Shown: positions 20,829-33,082 of the stretch, piece by piece
Numbering within the stretch: the first letter of the stretch is position 1
How the letters are laid out: the number at the start of each line of letters is the position of its first letter
Origin: Betaproteobacteria bacterium UBA3031
GTDB lineage: Bacteria > Pseudomonadota > Gammaproteobacteria > Burkholderiales > Eutrophovitaceae
Assembly (NCBI GenBank): GCA_002367635.1
Contig: DFDI01000014.1
Location: 4,966-68,965, forward strand
Reading direction: 5' to 3'
DNA length: 64,000 bases
Program-made: the position numbers and the translations under genes
Notes under the pieces: generated by a model
The model's database searches: none
What the model was told of the DNA's origin: nothing
Seen by the model: only the letters and a program-made list of their open reading frames with translations

Positions 20829-20903
20829 CGTTTAAAGGTTTGGTCTCTAGCCTCTTGGCTCGACGCATCACTTCCACGCACTAAGGATGCTTGCGGTGCT
20901 TGA

Positions 20904-22055
20904 TTGTCTATGACATCTTTGTTTGGTCGATTATCAAATTTTTACTTTTGGTACTTTGCTTTTGTAGGCGCCTTCGCGCCCTTCTTTTCTCTGTATCTTC
21001 AGAGGCGAGGGTTTGCCCCTCTTGAAATAGCAGTCTTGTTGGGGATCAGCCCTACGTTAAGGATTCTTGTTCCTTTCTTTTGGGCTTGGTTAGCAGATCA
21101 TTGGGGCCACAAATACAAACTCCTTAGGATTCTCGCATTCATTAGTCCTGTACTTTTCGCGTTCATGATCGCGAAGGGGTCATTTTCTTCCGTCGCAGGT
21201 GTATTAATTATTTGGGGTTTACTTTGGTCAGGGATCCTCCCCATTGCTGAAGCTCTCTGTGTTGAGGCTTTGGGAGAGGAAATATCAATCTATGGGCGGG
21301 TTCGTGTTTGGGGCTCGATTGGGTTTATTTTGGTGGTTGTCAGTGGAGGCTACCTCTTTGAATGGTTAGATGTCCTTTATTTGGATTGGATTATTTGCGC
21401 CCTATTGGTGATTATCCTAGGGGCTGTTTTGATGCTTCCGCGTGACAACGAGCTATCAGCGCGACCCAATGAAGTTGCGCAACCCATCTTTTTTCTGAAA
21501 GATCAACGGATCATTGCGTTAATGGTTTGTTTTTTTATTATGCAGTTCGCTCACGGGGCATACAACGCATTCTTTTCAATTTTTGTGGTTGACCTTGGTC
21601 ATAGTAAGTCCACAGTTGGTTGGTTATGGGCGATCGCTGTCATCGCCGAAATTTTCATCTTCTTATGGATGCCTCGTCTTTTTAAGAGATTCAGCATCAA
21701 TGATTTCTTTTTGTTTTGTTTTTTTATTGCAGTCTTCAGATTTTCTCTCGTTTACGTTGGCCACGATAGCTTAGTGTTGCTCGCCATCGCACAAATTATG
21801 CATGCCATTACATTTGGTATGTTCCATGTCGCTGGTATTGCGGCGACGAACAAGTTGTTTACAGGAGCGTATCGATCAAGAGGGCAGGCGCTTTACTCTA
21901 GCGTTGGTTTTGGTGCCGGAGGCGCATCAGGAACTCTTGTTTCTGGCCTTGTGTGGGAGAGCTGGGGAGGCGCAGCCACCTTTGCCATGTCTGCGCTGAC
22001 AAGCCTGTTAGGGGTCATTTTGATACTTTGGGTGCGCAATAGATTTAATGATTAG
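20904..22055 (+). CDS. MFS transporter (MFS_1_like / phenylpropionate-permease-like)
   Basis: ~383 aa, 12 TM, with the N-terminus FYFWYFAFVGAFAPFFSLYL typical of this MFS subgroup. The start is TTG 20904 or ATG 20910. Confidence 0.75.
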   Translation: MSMTSLFGRLSNFYFWYFAFVGAFAPFFSLYLQRRGFAPLEIAVLLGISPTLRILVPFFWAWLADHWGHKYKLLRILAFISPVLFAFMIAKGSFSSVAGVLIIWGLLWSGILPIAEALCVEALGEEISIYGRVRVWGSIGFILVVVSGGYLFEWLDVLYLDWIICALLVIILGAVLMLPRDNELSARPNEVAQPIFFLKDQRIIALMVCFFIMQFAHGAYNAFFSIFVVDLGHSKSTVGWLWAIAVIAEIFIFLWMPRLFKRFSINDFFLFCFFIAVFRFSLVYVGHDSLVLLAIAQIMHAITFGMFHVAGIAATNKLFTGAYRSRGQALYSSVGFGAGGASGTLVSGLVWESWGGAATFAMSALTSLLGVILILWVRNRFND

Positions 22056-22141
22056 GGCTTTAAGCCCTCATGATTAGACGCAATCTGTGTGTCATAATCC
22101 TGATCTTAAGTCTTAATTAGCTAGCCAATAGGTGTAATCGT

Positions 22142-23554
22142 ATGTTGAAAACCCTGTATGACAAACTTTGGGATAGTCACGTTGTTAGAATGGAAGATGA
22201 CGGTACTGCTCTCATTTACATTGATAGACATTTGGTGCATGAGGTTACAAGCCCTCAAGCGTATGAGGGATTGAAGCTTGCCCAACGTCGCCCTTGGCGT
22301 GTTGATTCAATAGTCGCTACGGCAGACCACAATACGCCGACCACTGATTGGGACAAAGGGATAGAGGATCCCGTGTCCAAGCTTCAGGTTGATACGCTGG
22401 ACCAAAATATCAAGGAGTACGGAGCGAAGGCTTATTTCCCGTTTCTTGATCCAAGGCAGGGTATTGTTCATGTCATAGGGCCAGAGCAGGGTACAACCTT
22501 GCCAGGAATGACAGTTGTTTGCGGCGATTCTCATACGAGTACGCATGGCGCTCTAGGCTGCTTGGCGCACGGGATTGGTACGTCTGAAGTCGAGCACGTC
22601 CTAGCCAGTCAGTGTTTGGTTCAAAAGAAAATGAAGAACATGCTAGTCAGAGTGGAGGGAAGGCTCGATGCAGGGGTGAGCGCTAAGGACATTGCGCTTG
22701 CTCTAATTGGTAAAATTGGTACTGCGGGTGGAACGGGTTATGCCATTGAGTTTGCCGGCCCAGCGATCGAGTCGTTATCCGTCGAGGGGCGGATGACTCT
22801 GTGTAATATGGCGATTGAAGCGGGCGCGAGAGCTGGAATGATAGCCGTTGATCAAATTACGATCGATTACCTTCAGGGCCGTACTTTTGCCCCAACGGGG
22901 GATCTTTGGGATCGCGCTGTGTCGTACTGGAGAACTTTGAGATCCGATCCGGATGCAATGTTTGATTTGGTCGTTACATTAGATGTTAGTGCACTTATTC
23001 CGCAGGTTACTTGGGGGACCTCTCCTGAGATGGTGCTGGATGTTAATGGTCGTGTTCCAGACCCAGATCAAGAAAAGGATGCGGAAAAGCGAGACGGTAT
23101 TGAGCGTGCGCTTAAATATATGGGGCTAGAGCCGAATACGCGGATTACGGATATTCGTATTGATAAGGTTTTTATTGGCTCATGTACCAACTCGCGTATT
23201 GAGGATCTGCGGATTGCTGCGAAGGTGGTGGCAGGAAAACGTGTTGCATCAAATGTTCGATTGGCGATGGTGGTGCCAGGCTCTGGTCTTGTTAAGGCGC
23301 AAGCAGAACAGGAAGGATTAGATAAGATTTTTGTTGCGGCTGGGTTTGAATGGAGACAACCGGGTTGCTCCATGTGTCTTGCGATGAATAATGATCGTCT
23401 TGAGTCAGGGGAGCGATGTGCCTCGACATCTAATCGTAACTTTGAAGGTCGCCAAGGTGCAGGTGGACGGACTCATCTCGTGAGCCCTGCTATGGCGGCT
23501 AGCGCAGCTATAGAAGGGGCTTTTGTCGATGTGCGCAGCATTATGAGTGAATAA
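22142..23554 (+). CDS. leuC: 3-isopropylmalate dehydratase large subunit
   Basis: [34 protein letters not shown] and CSMCLAMN (Fe-S cysteines). Confidence 0.96.
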   Translation: MLKTLYDKLWDSHVVRMEDDGTALIYIDRHLVHEVTSPQAYEGLKLAQRRPWRVDSIVATADHNTPTTDWDKGIEDPVSKLQVDTLDQNIKEYGAKAYFPFLDPRQGIVHVIGPEQGTTLPGMTVVCGDSHTSTHGALGCLAHGIGTSEVEHVLASQCLVQKKMKNMLVRVEGRLDAGVSAKDIALALIGKIGTAGGTGYAIEFAGPAIESLSVEGRMTLCNMAIEAGARAGMIAVDQITIDYLQGRTFAPTGDLWDRAVSYWRTLRSDPDAMFDLVVTLDVSALIPQVTWGTSPEMVLDVNGRVPDPDQEKDAEKRDGIERALKYMGLEPNTRITDIRIDKVFIGSCTNSRIEDLRIAAKVVAGKRVASNVRLAMVVPGSGLVKAQAEQEGLDKIFVAAGFEWRQPGCSMCLAMNNDRLESGERCASTSNRNFEGRQGAGGRTHLVSPAMAASAAIEGAFVDVRSIMSE

Positions 23555-23588
23555 GCATTTAACGTTTAACTTTTAAATAGAGTAAGCC

Positions 23589-24230
23589 ATGGAAAAATTT
23601 GCCGTATACGAAGGGCTCGTTGCCCCCCTAGATCGCGCCAACGTTGATACAGACGCCATTATTCCAAAACAGTTTCTTAAGTCGATCAAAAGATCTGGTT
23701 TTGGTGTGAACTTGTTTGACGCTTGGAGGTTTTTAGATGTTGGGCAGCCTGGCATCCCCTTTAAAAAAAGACAGCTGAACCCCGACTTCATTTTGAATGA
23801 TACCCGATACCAGGGGGCGTCCATTTTGCTGGGGCGAAAGAATTTTGGTTGCGGCTCCTCGCGCGAACATGCGCCATGGGCTTTAACGGATTATGGGTTT
23901 AAGGCTGTTATTGCTCCTAGCTTTGGTGAAATATTCTTTAATAATTCATTGAAAAATGGACTGCTACCTATTGTGCTTAGAGAGGCTGAGGTGGACACCT
24001 TGTTCCACGATGTGTTTGGTTTTCCTGGGTTTAAGTTAACGGTTGATTTGGAAAATCAGCGAGTAGCGACTATGGGTGGACACAAAACTTTTGACTTCGA
24101 CATTGATCCATTTCGTAAGCATTGTCTTTTAAATGGCCTAGACGATATTGACTTGACGTTGCAGCACGTTGATGAAATTAAACAGTTCGAAGCGCAGCAT
24201 CAATTAAATCAGCCTTGGTTATTTAGCTAG
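23589..24230 (+). CDS. leuD: 3-isopropylmalate dehydratase small subunit
   Basis: [12 protein letters not shown] and [18 protein letters not shown], 213 aa. Confidence 0.95.
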   Translation: MEKFAVYEGLVAPLDRANVDTDAIIPKQFLKSIKRSGFGVNLFDAWRFLDVGQPGIPFKKRQLNPDFILNDTRYQGASILLGRKNFGCGSSREHAPWALTDYGFKAVIAPSFGEIFFNNSLKNGLLPIVLREAEVDTLFHDVFGFPGFKLTVDLENQRVATMGGHKTFDFDIDPFRKHCLLNGLDDIDLTLQHVDEIKQFEAQHQLNQPWLFS

Positions 24231-24322
24231 GTCTAAAAGTTTAGTCTGGGTCAATGGTCAAACGATCTAACCGATCAAGATTTATTGATAGTTTAAATTA
24301 CTGAAGAATTTTGGGGATATAC

Positions 24323-25387
24323 ATGAAGATAGCGGTGCTCCCAGGGGACGGAATTGGTCCTGAGATTATTGATCAAGCCTTACGGGTACTCAATACCTTG
24401 AAGGCTGACGGTTTGGCCATTGAGTGTGAAGTGGGCGCCATTGGTGGTGCCGGATATGATGAGGCCGGAGACCCTTTGCCCGATCGAACTGTTGCCTTGG
24501 CTAGGGAGGCTGATGCCGTTCTTCTTGGTGCGGTCGGAGGTCCTAAATACGACGTATTACCTCGTGCAATGAGGCCGGAGCAGGGGTTGTTACGCATTCG
24601 CAAAGAACTGGGTCTGTTTGCCAACCTTCGTCCTGCTGTGGTCTATCCAGAATTGGCTTCAGCTTCCAGTTTAAAGTCCGAGTTGGTTGAAGGTCTCGAT
24701 CTTATGATCTTGCGAGAGTTGACAGGAGACATATACTTTGGACAACCGCGCGGTCGACGTCAAACCGAGTCCGGTGAGGATGAGGGATTTGACACGATGA
24801 AGTACTCGGTCTCTGAGATCGAGAGAATTGCTCGAGTTGCTTTTGACATAGCCGAGAAGCGCAGTCGTAAGTTATGTTCGGTGGATAAGGCGAATGTCTT
24901 GGACACGAGTATTCTTTGGAGGGAGGTTGTTACAAAAATTTCTGCAGAGTATCCCTCGGTTGAATTGAGCCACATGTATGTTGACAACGCGGCGATGCAG
25001 TTGGTCAGAGAGCCTAAGCAATTCGATGTGATTTTAACTGGCAACATCTTTGGCGATATTTTGTCCGATGAGGCCTCAATGTTAACGGGATCAATTGGGA
25101 TGCTTCCTTCAGCTTCTTTGGATCTTAACCGTAAAGGGCTGTTCGAGCCTATCCATGGCTCTGCGCCTGACATTTCGGGCAAGAATGTCGCCAATCCATT
25201 GGCAACGATTTTATCGGTGTCGATGATGTTGAAATACACTTTCAACGAAATCGAGGCTTCGGAGCGTGTTGAGTCGGCTGTAAAGTCTGTGCTTGCTCAA
25301 GGTTTCAGGACGGCAGATATCTTCCAAGAGGGCGCTCAGCGTGTGGGCACACGTGAGATGGGTGATGCGGTTATTCGTGCGATGTAG
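24323..25387 (+). CDS. leuB: 3-isopropylmalate dehydrogenase
   Basis: [19 protein letters not shown] and [20 protein letters not shown] 24323 is preceded by GGGGA; the ORF track start at 24311 is TTG. Confidence 0.95.
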   Translation: MKIAVLPGDGIGPEIIDQALRVLNTLKADGLAIECEVGAIGGAGYDEAGDPLPDRTVALAREADAVLLGAVGGPKYDVLPRAMRPEQGLLRIRKELGLFANLRPAVVYPELASASSLKSELVEGLDLMILRELTGDIYFGQPRGRRQTESGEDEGFDTMKYSVSEIERIARVAFDIAEKRSRKLCSVDKANVLDTSILWREVVTKISAEYPSVELSHMYVDNAAMQLVREPKQFDVILTGNIFGDILSDEASMLTGSIGMLPSASLDLNRKGLFEPIHGSAPDISGKNVANPLATILSVSMMLKYTFNEIEASERVESAVKSVLAQGFRTADIFQEGAQRVGTREMGDAVIRAM

Positions 25388-25446
25388 TATTTACAAAAAC
25401 CTCTTTTCACTATGTTTTATCTTTGAAGCTTTAAGGGTTGATTAAA

Positions 25447-26559
25447 ATGCAAGTAGGGTTGGTTGGCTGGAGAGGAATGGTAGGTTCTGTGCTTATGCAA
25501 CGCATGAGTGCTGAGAAGGATTTCGATAAGATAAACCCTACATTTTTTAGTACATCTCAGGTGGGCCAGTCAGTCGTTCCATTGGACGGCGCAGAGGCTG
25601 TTTTGCGTGATGCAAACAGTCTGAATCAGTTGTCAGGGATGGATGTGATTATTTCGTGTCAGGGTGGAGCTTACACGAAGCAGGTGCATGGCCCCCTTCG
25701 AGAATCAGGTTGGTCGGGTTATTGGATAGATGCGGCATCGACGCTTCGCATGTCACCAGACTCTGTAATTGTTCTGGATCCGATCAATGGTGGTGATATC
25801 GATGCTGCATTAAGTATCGGCAAAAAAGATTTTATTGGTGGTAATTGCACGACGAGCCTCATGGCGCTTGCGATGCACGGATTGTTTCGAGAAGGATTGG
25901 TTGAATGGGTTTCTACGATGACGTACCAGGCGGCTTCTGGTGCGGGAGCCCAAAATATGCGCGAATTAATACTGCAGATGGGCTCGATTTACGATGCAGC
26001 TCAAAGTGAGCTGTCTTCGTCTACAGGGAAAATATTGGATATTGATGCGCTCGTGCTTGATCGTATGAGGGCTCAAGAGTTTCCGACCGAGCACTTCGGC
26101 GCCCCTTTAGCTGGAAGCCTCATTCCGTGGATAGATTCTGACTTAGGCAATGGCCAGAGTAAAGAAGAGTGGAAGGCGCAAGCGGAGACTAACAAAATAT
26201 TATGTAGAGAAGAAAGTCCTATTGCCATTGAGGGTATCTGTGTCAGGGTGGGGACCATGAGATGTCATAGTCAAGCCTTGACTTTTAAGCTCTCTAAATC
26301 GATTCCGGCGTCTGAAGTAGAGCTTATTTTAGACCAGGCCAACGAGTGGGTGTCGGTGGTTCCAAATGAAAAAACGGCTACTATTTCTATGCTTTCACCG
26401 ACTAATGTTACCCGCACGCTAAATATTCCAATTGGACGAGTTCGAAAATTAAATCTAGCTGATAACGTATATTCAGCGTTCACTGTGGGTGATCAGTTGC
26501 TTTGGGGGGCCGCTGAGCCTCTGAGAAGGATGCTACGTATTTTGATTAACCGAGGGTAA
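25447..26559 (+). CDS. asd: Aspartate-semialdehyde dehydrogenase
   Basis: VGLVGWRGMVGSV, GGNCTTSL (active-site Cys), ~370 aa. The start is ATG 25447 (the ORF track gives TTG 25438). Confidence 0.94.
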   Translation: MQVGLVGWRGMVGSVLMQRMSAEKDFDKINPTFFSTSQVGQSVVPLDGAEAVLRDANSLNQLSGMDVIISCQGGAYTKQVHGPLRESGWSGYWIDAASTLRMSPDSVIVLDPINGGDIDAALSIGKKDFIGGNCTTSLMALAMHGLFREGLVEWVSTMTYQAASGAGAQNMRELILQMGSIYDAAQSELSSSTGKILDIDALVLDRMRAQEFPTEHFGAPLAGSLIPWIDSDLGNGQSKEEWKAQAETNKILCREESPIAIEGICVRVGTMRCHSQALTFKLSKSIPASEVELILDQANEWVSVVPNEKTATISMLSPTNVTRTLNIPIGRVRKLNLADNVYSAFTVGDQLLWGAAEPLRRMLRILINRG

Positions 26560-26630
26560 TAGAGATCCAAAACTCGGCATGCTATTCTGCAGTTATTAGG
26601 AGCAGGAAATGACTAGAGAGGTTAGTAAAT

Positions 26631-28517
26631 TTGTTTAAGAAGATCACATATGCTATCAAAGTATTTATTGCTTTAGTCCTCGTTTCGACGGGCTTAACGG
26701 CTCATGCGGTCCGTATGGGTCCTTTGTCCGTGGACTCGGCTCTTGGCGAGCCTTTAAAGGCATACATAGTCATTTATGACGCCGCGGAGCTTGATGCTCA
26801 GTTGGTAACTGTCTCCATGGCGTCTCCGTCTTCCTATGACGTACAAGGTTTAATTTACAATGATCTGATCTCGAGAATTAACCTCCGATTCGAAAAGACG
26901 GTCAATGGGTCAATAATTCATTTGTCAACGGAAGATGCCGTTAACGAGGTGGTTATTGATCTGCAAGTTGACCTAGTTGGTCCGGAAGGAAAAGTCAGCC
27001 GAACCTATGTTGCGTTTATAGATCCGCCACTACTCGTTGGTGAGCGCCTATCTCTCCCCCCGTTGGAGGAGTCCCCCCGCATTGATGAGCCTACTTTTTT
27101 GGAGATTGAGCCGGAGGTTATTAAAACCGAGATTGCTACAGCGAAAGACCCAGATCGTCCTGTCGCTAATGAGGTTGATTCATTGGCATTGGATGCTGAG
27201 AATCTGCCTGAATTTGCTGAGGATAAGCAAGATGTTGCTGCAGGAGCAGACGTTGTTAACTCGGTGCCTGCCCCGAAATCTGTGCGACAGATTGTTGTGC
27301 GTCCGGGTGATACGTTATCAAAAATTGCTAAGAAAGAGCAGCTATCTGGATTTTCACTTGAGCAAATGCTGGTCAGTATTTTTCGTAAAAATAGAGAGGC
27401 ATTTGTAGGCGACAACATGAATCGTCTTCGAGCGGGAAATGTGATTCGGATACCCGTTGAAAACGAACTGCAAACCATTTCTTCTTCAGAGGCGACCAAC
27501 GAGATCCGCATACAAATGGCGGATTGGCGCGCTTATCGAGCTAATCTCGCCGCTATGGCTAGCGAGACGGAAGGCGTCATAGATGAAGTTGACCGAAAAG
27601 AGTCGGGTCGAGTAGAGTCCTCTGCCGATCGGGTTAATATTCAAGACGGTGCTCAGAACTCTCATGTGGTTAAAATTTCCAAGGGTGATGGTTCTGAACG
27701 TGGTGCATTGGAAGGTTTGCAAGAGCGACTACTTGCTACAGAGAAAGCCTTAGAGGAGCAAAAGAGGCGAGCTGATGACCTTGAGAAAATAATTGCTAAC
27801 CTCAAGTTGTTGACGCAGAAGAGAGCGGAGGCTGGCTCCGCGCTCAATATCGCAGATCCTTCCGAGGCGCTCACGATCCAGGATGTCCCGGGGGCTAAAA
27901 AAATTGAGGCTCTATGGCAGGCTAAGGTCATTGAGACGATTTTGGCTCAGCCCTTATACCTTTTTATCCCAGTCGCACTTCTACTTATAATTGGTTTGTG
28001 GGCTTCCAAACGCTTAAATAGGATGGAGAGCGAAAATGATTCGTACGAAGCGCGTCGTCAATTCGATGCCGCGGCGGATCAGTCGAGCCCAGCTGGATTT
28101 GCTGATGAAAATAAGCGGGGTGATCTGGAGGCCAGCAGTGTGCCGCGCAATCAGGATCCTATTGAGGATGCTGATATTTTTCTTGCCTATGGACGTTATC
28201 CTCAGGCGGAAAAAATACTCAGAGAAGCTTTGGTGCTTGAGCCCGAGAGACTCGATGTTTTGCTTAAATTGGCAGAGGTTTATTCTAGGCAAAAAGACTT
28301 GGTCTCGTTTGATGAGATAGCTCAGATTGTTTCTGAAGTTACCAATAAAACAGGGGGCTATTGGGAGCGGGTTATAGCACTTGGCTACTTGATTAACCCC
28401 GGTGATGAGCGGTACGCTGATGGTAAATTTGCGATTGAAAGGCAGCCTATGACTAAGCCATTTGACCTTTCATCGATTGATTTGAATCTCGGTAACCCGC
28501 CGTCATCGAAATCCTAA
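26631..28517 (+). CDS. fimV: FimV/HubP-like peptidoglycan-binding scaffold protein (LysM + C-terminal TPR-like motif)
   Basis: Signal peptide; LysM-like segment (VRPGDTLSKIAKK...NRLRAGNVIRIP); coiled-coil; one TM (LYLFIPVALLLIIGLWA); acidic linker; C-terminal FimV motif (DADIFLAYGRYPQAEKILREAL). It lies at the conserved asd-fimV-truA position. Confidence 0.8.
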   Translation: MFKKITYAIKVFIALVLVSTGLTAHAVRMGPLSVDSALGEPLKAYIVIYDAAELDAQLVTVSMASPSSYDVQGLIYNDLISRINLRFEKTVNGSIIHLSTEDAVNEVVIDLQVDLVGPEGKVSRTYVAFIDPPLLVGERLSLPPLEESPRIDEPTFLEIEPEVIKTEIATAKDPDRPVANEVDSLALDAENLPEFAEDKQDVAAGADVVNSVPAPKSVRQIVVRPGDTLSKIAKKEQLSGFSLEQMLVSIFRKNREAFVGDNMNRLRAGNVIRIPVENELQTISSSEATNEIRIQMADWRAYRANLAAMASETEGVIDEVDRKESGRVESSADRVNIQDGAQNSHVVKISKGDGSERGALEGLQERLLATEKALEEQKRRADDLEKIIANLKLLTQKRAEAGSALNIADPSEALTIQDVPGAKKIEALWQAKVIETILAQPLYLFIPVALLLIIGLWASKRLNRMESENDSYEARRQFDAAADQSSPAGFADENKRGDLEASSVPRNQDPIEDADIFLAYGRYPQAEKILREALVLEPERLDVLLKLAEVYSRQKDLVSFDEIAQIVSEVTNKTGGYWERVIALGYLINPGDERYADGKFAIERQPMTKPFDLSSIDLNLGNPPSSKS

Positions 28518-28623
28518 TTCAATCGAGAATCACAACTCTATCGTTACGTTTGACGTTAGCTCAGCAGTATTTTTAATTTAGAGCTTCACAGGCAAAGTCC
28601 TAAAGGTTTTTGAAGAGGTAATT

Positions 28624-29427
28624 GTGAGATTAGCTTTAGGTATTGAGTACGATGGTTCATCTTTTTCCGGTTGGCAAATACAACCGGATGCCTTCACAAT
28701 ACAAGGAGAAGTTGAGAGGGGGTTGAGTCAGATTGCTGCAGAGCCGATTCGTGTTTTTTGTGCTGGACGCACAGATGCGGGAGTTCATGCTACATATCAG
28801 ATTGTTCACTTTGATACCGAAGTTGTCCGCCCTAGCGGGGCTTGGGTGCGCGGATTAAATGCATTAGTCTCGGAGAATATCTCGGCGCTTTGGGCTACAG
28901 AGGTGGCTCCAGATTTTCACGCTCGATATTCCGCTTTACGACGAACTTACCGTTATTTTCTGCTGAATAGGGAGCAACGCCCAGCGTTGCTTGCGAAAAA
29001 AATTGGTTGGTACCATAGGAAGTTGGATGTTCGGCCGATGAGTTTGGCTGCGGCAACGTTGATCGGGCAACACGATTTTTCGGCATTTCGATCATCTGAA
29101 TGTCAGGCGAAGAGTCCTATTAGGACTGTCGAGGCTATTTCCGTTCGTGCATTTGGAGATGTCATTATTTTCGACATCACGGCAAATGCGTTTCTGCATC
29201 ACATGGTGCGTAATATTGTCGGGACTCTGGTTTATATTGGAGCAGGGAAGCAGTCAGTTGACTGGATGAGGGAGATACTAAAATCGAGAGATCGCAGTAT
29301 AGCAGCGCCAACATTTAGCCCAAATGGACTATACTTGATATCAGTAAATTATGATCCTCAGTGGAAGCTTCCGGACGCTCGTATGTTATCTGGTTGTGCC
29401 GTTGATATTGCTTCCTTTGTTGTTTAA
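28624..29427 (+). CDS. truA: tRNA pseudouridine(38-40) synthase
   Basis: RLALGIEYDGSSFSGWQ and the catalytic Asp motif GRTDAGVHA. GTG start. Confidence 0.94.
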   Translation: MRLALGIEYDGSSFSGWQIQPDAFTIQGEVERGLSQIAAEPIRVFCAGRTDAGVHATYQIVHFDTEVVRPSGAWVRGLNALVSENISALWATEVAPDFHARYSALRRTYRYFLLNREQRPALLAKKIGWYHRKLDVRPMSLAAATLIGQHDFSAFRSSECQAKSPIRTVEAISVRAFGDVIIFDITANAFLHHMVRNIVGTLVYIGAGKQSVDWMREILKSRDRSIAAPTFSPNGLYLISVNYDPQWKLPDARMLSGCAVDIASFVV

Positions 29428-29436
29428 AGCTTATTT

Positions 29437-30096
29437 ATGATAATTAAGAACGATATTACGGCGATCAAGATTTGTGGTTTAACCTCGGCGGAAAATGCAC
29501 TTGAGGTGGTGAGGCTTGGTGTTGATGCGATTGGTCTGGTGTTTTATTCCGAAAGTCCTCGTAACGTTGATCTTGAAGTGGCTCGACAAATAGTTACGCA
29601 CTTGCCTCCATTTGTCTCTTCGGTTGGACTGTTCGTAAATCCTACTCGGGATCAGGTGTTGCAGACCTTGGAATTGATCGATCTGACTCTATTGCAGTTT
29701 CATGGAGACGAAAAGCCAGACTTCTGTTCGGGGTTCCGCAAGCCTTACATAAAAGCGGTTCGCGTTACTGATGACGTTGATTTGATAGAATATGGCAGTA
29801 TGTACGCAGGTGCATCCGGACTGTTGTTGGATGCTTATTCTCAAGGAGCAAGAGGGGGTACCGGTGAGACGTTTGACTGGGACCTTATACCTTCTGAATT
29901 AGAGATTCCAATTGTTTTGGCGGGAGGGTTGACGCCAAATAACGTTGCCGCAGCGATCGATTGTGTTCGGCCTTGGGCGGTTGACGTGAGCTCTGGAGTA
30001 GAGGGTGCGCTAAAAGGTTTAAAGGAAACGATACTCGTGCGAGACTTTATTAATGAGGTAAAAAATGCAGATGCGCGAAGAATTACAAAATTATAA
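29437..30096 (+). CDS. trpF: Phosphoribosylanthranilate isomerase
   Basis: IKICGLT, QFHGDE and LAGGL.P.NV, ~219 aa. The 3' end overlaps the trpB start by 32 nt. Confidence 0.9.
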   Translation: MIIKNDITAIKICGLTSAENALEVVRLGVDAIGLVFYSESPRNVDLEVARQIVTHLPPFVSSVGLFVNPTRDQVLQTLELIDLTLLQFHGDEKPDFCSGFRKPYIKAVRVTDDVDLIEYGSMYAGASGLLLDAYSQGARGGTGETFDWDLIPSELEIPIVLAGGLTPNNVAAAIDCVRPWAVDVSSGVEGALKGLKETILVRDFINEVKNADARRITKL

Positions 30097-31282
30097 TTTT
30101 CCTGATGATAAGGGCCATTTTGGTCCCTATGGTGGCGTTTTTGTGCCCGAGACTTTAATACACGCACTTGAGGATTTAAAAGAGAATTATGAAAAGTTGA
30201 AGAACACTCCAAGTTTTATGGAGGAATTTCATAATGACCTGAAGCATTTTGTAGGAAGACCAAGCCCAGTTTATTATGCCAAGCGTTTATCTGAAATGCT
30301 CGGAGGTGCGCAGATCTGGTTCAAGCGTGAAGACCTGAACCATACTGGAGCTCACAAGGTCAATAATACGGTGGGGCAGGCGCTGTTGGCCCGTCATATG
30401 GGTAAAAAACGAATCATTGCTGAAACGGGAGCGGGGCAGCACGGAGTTGCGTCCGCGACAGTTGCGGCTCGGTATGGTATGGATTGTGTCGTATACATGG
30501 GTTCGGAGGATATTAAACGTCAAGCCAGTAATGTTTACCGAATGCGTTTGCTTGGGGCGGAGGTTGTTCCGGTAGAAAGCGGTTCGAAGACGCTTAAGGA
30601 CGCACTCAACGAAGCCATGAGGGACTGGGTAACCAATGTAGAGAACACCTTTTATATTATAGGTACGGTAGCAGGACCACATCCCTATCCAATGATCGTG
30701 CGAGATTTTAATTCCGTGGTTGGAGAAGAGTTAAAAACTCAAATGCCAGAAGTGATTGGTCGTCAACCTGACGCAGTCATTGCCTGCGTCGGGGGAGGGT
30801 CTAACGCGCTGGGTGTTTTCTATCCTTACATTAAAGATTTAAGTGTTCGTCTTATCGGTGTAGAGGCGGGTGGATCCGGCATTCACACAGGGAAACACGC
30901 AGCGCCACTTGCCTCAGGTACACCTGGTGTTTTGCATGGCAACCGCACGTATCTGATGCAAGATGAAAATGGACAGATTATTGAGACGCATTCTATTTCT
31001 GCGGGATTAGACTACCCTGGAGTCGGCCCAGAGCATTCTTGGCTGAAAGATATAGGGCGAGCGGAATATGTTTCGGCTAATGATGATGAGGCGTTAGATG
31101 CTTTCCATAAGCTGACAAAGATTGAAGGCATAATGCCGGCACTGGAAACAGCCCATGCAGTAGCGCATGCGATGAAAATAGCTCCTGAAATGAATTCTGA
31201 TCAAGTATTACTAGTGAATCTTTCCGGCCGAGGTGATAAGGACATGGCAACGGTTGCGACGGCTTCCAATATTAGCTTGTAG
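30065..31282 (+). CDS. trpB: Tryptophan synthase beta chain
   Basis: [14 protein letters not shown], the PLP-lysine motif HTGAHKVNN, and GGGSNA. Confidence 0.96.
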   Translation: MQMREELQNYNFPDDKGHFGPYGGVFVPETLIHALEDLKENYEKLKNTPSFMEEFHNDLKHFVGRPSPVYYAKRLSEMLGGAQIWFKREDLNHTGAHKVNNTVGQALLARHMGKKRIIAETGAGQHGVASATVAARYGMDCVVYMGSEDIKRQASNVYRMRLLGAEVVPVESGSKTLKDALNEAMRDWVTNVENTFYIIGTVAGPHPYPMIVRDFNSVVGEELKTQMPEVIGRQPDAVIACVGGGSNALGVFYPYIKDLSVRLIGVEAGGSGIHTGKHAAPLASGTPGVLHGNRTYLMQDENGQIIETHSISAGLDYPGVGPEHSWLKDIGRAEYVSANDDEALDAFHKLTKIEGIMPALETAHAVAHAMKIAPEMNSDQVLLVNLSGRGDKDMATVATASNISL

Positions 31283-31337
31283 TCACGTGTGGATTCAGAT
31301 GTTTAACTAGCTTTTTATTGAGTTCTATATTTCACTT

Positions 31338-32138
31338 ATGTCACGAATTGCGAAAAAATTTCAAGAGTTATCTAAGAGTGGTCGAAAAGCGCTCATTCCC
31401 TTTATAACAGCAGGAGATCCTAATTTAGAAACCACTCTGAGTTTGATGTCCGCTTTGGTGCGTAGTGGATCGGATATTATCGAGTTGGGTATCCCTTTCT
31501 CAGATCCGATCGCTGATGGCCCAACAATTCAGAGGGCGAGTGAGCGCGCTCTAGCTGGAGGAACAAGTTTGAGTAAAGTGCTCGACCTAGTTCAAACATT
31601 TCGTGAGATAAATCAAGAAACCCCGATTGTTTTAATGGGTTATGCAAACCCAATAGAAGCCCTTGGCATTGACGAATTTGTAGGTCGAGCCGCAGACGTT
31701 GGTGTGGATGGTGTCCTCGTGGTTGATTATCCACCAGAAGAGAGCGGGCTCTTAAATGCTGCACTTAAAGAGAAGCAGATTGATTCTATTTTTCTCTTAG
31801 CCCCAACTACTCTGGAGTCAAGGATTTTGGATGTGGCACGTTTAGCCACTGGTTATGTGTACTACGTCTCACTCAAAGGAGTTACGGGAGCTGGGCATTT
31901 AGACTTAGATGATGTTTCTGTGAGAGTTAAGAAAATAAAGAAACATGTAAAGGTTCCGGTGGGTGTTGGTTTCGGTATCAGAGATGGCGAGATGGCTAGG
32001 GCTGTGGCCAAATTATCGGATGCGGTGGTGATCGGTAGCCGGTTAGTGGAGGAAATTGAGAAATCGGATGCTACTAATGTAGTGACTAATGTTGAAAATT
32101 TTATCCGCTCTATTCGTGTGGCTATAGATAAAACATGA
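31338..32138 (+). CDS. trpA: Tryptophan synthase alpha chain
   Basis: [28 protein letters not shown] and Y.VS..GVTG. Confidence 0.95.
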   Translation: MSRIAKKFQELSKSGRKALIPFITAGDPNLETTLSLMSALVRSGSDIIELGIPFSDPIADGPTIQRASERALAGGTSLSKVLDLVQTFREINQETPIVLMGYANPIEALGIDEFVGRAADVGVDGVLVVDYPPEESGLLNAALKEKQIDSIFLLAPTTLESRILDVARLATGYVYYVSLKGVTGAGHLDLDDVSVRVKKIKKHVKVPVGVGFGIRDGEMARAVAKLSDAVVIGSRLVEEIEKSDATNVVTNVENFIRSIRVAIDKT

Positions 32139-32166
32139 GGGTTTATCCCCTGGAGATAACGACAAA

Positions 32167-33036
32167 ATGAGTTGGCTTCAAAAAATATTACCGCCGAAAA
32201 TTAACCCGTTTGATGCATCCAAGAGTTCTCGTAAGGCGGTTCCAGAGGGATTGTGGAGTAAGTGTCCAACCTGCGAGGCTGTTCTCTATCAAGCCGAATT
32301 AGAAGAAAGTTTTCATGTATGTCCAAAATGTTCACATCATGGTCGATTGAATGCGCGACAACGCCTTGACTCGATTTTTGATGAGGGTAAGCGCATAGAG
32401 ATTGGACAGAATGCAAAACCTGTAGATTTTCTGAGGTTTGTCGATAGCAAAAAATATAAGGACCGACTCTTGGCGGCCCAAAAATCCACATCTGAGTCAG
32501 ATGCTCTCCTTGTCCAGCAAGGAACCATAAAAGGTATTTCTGTCGTATGTGCAGCATTTGAGTTTTCGTTTTTAGGCGGTTCGATGGGCTCCGTGGTTGG
32601 GGAGCGGTTTGCCGCTGGAGTGCGTCGCAGTTGTGCTAAAAAGATTCCCTTTGTTTGTTTCTCGGCAAGTGGCGGCGCTCGTATGCAGGAGGGGTTGACC
32701 TCTCTGATGCAAATGGCGAAAACGACAGCAGCCATTTCGCAACTATCTGCTCAAGGTTTGCCTTTCATATCTGTATTAACTGATCCTACAATGGGTGGCG
32801 TCTCAGCTAGTTTTGCTATGGTAGGAGACGTTGTGATCGCTGAGCCTGGAGCTTTGATTGGCTTTGCTGGGCCACGAGTGATTGAGCAAACCGTAAGGCA
32901 GACCTTGCCTGATGGGTTTCAGCGTTCTGAGTTTTTATTGGAACATGGCGCGATAGATATGATCATTGATCGCCGAGAAATGAAGGATCGGCTAGCTAAC
33001 CTATTGTCATTATTCACGCGTATTCGAATGTCATAG
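32167..33036 (+). CDS. accD: Acetyl-CoA carboxylase carboxyltransferase beta subunit
   Basis: Zinc ribbon CPTC...CPKC, plus [10 protein letters not shown] and SGGARMQEG. Confidence 0.95.
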   Translation: MSWLQKILPPKINPFDASKSSRKAVPEGLWSKCPTCEAVLYQAELEESFHVCPKCSHHGRLNARQRLDSIFDEGKRIEIGQNAKPVDFLRFVDSKKYKDRLLAAQKSTSESDALLVQQGTIKGISVVCAAFEFSFLGGSMGSVVGERFAAGVRRSCAKKIPFVCFSASGGARMQEGLTSLMQMAKTTAAISQLSAQGLPFISVLTDPTMGGVSASFAMVGDVVIAEPGALIGFAGPRVIEQTVRQTLPDGFQRSEFLLEHGAIDMIIDRREMKDRLANLLSLFTRIRMS

Positions 33037-33082
33037 TCGTCGTATTTATTTGTATCTCTATAAACTTTCTATTTCATAGACC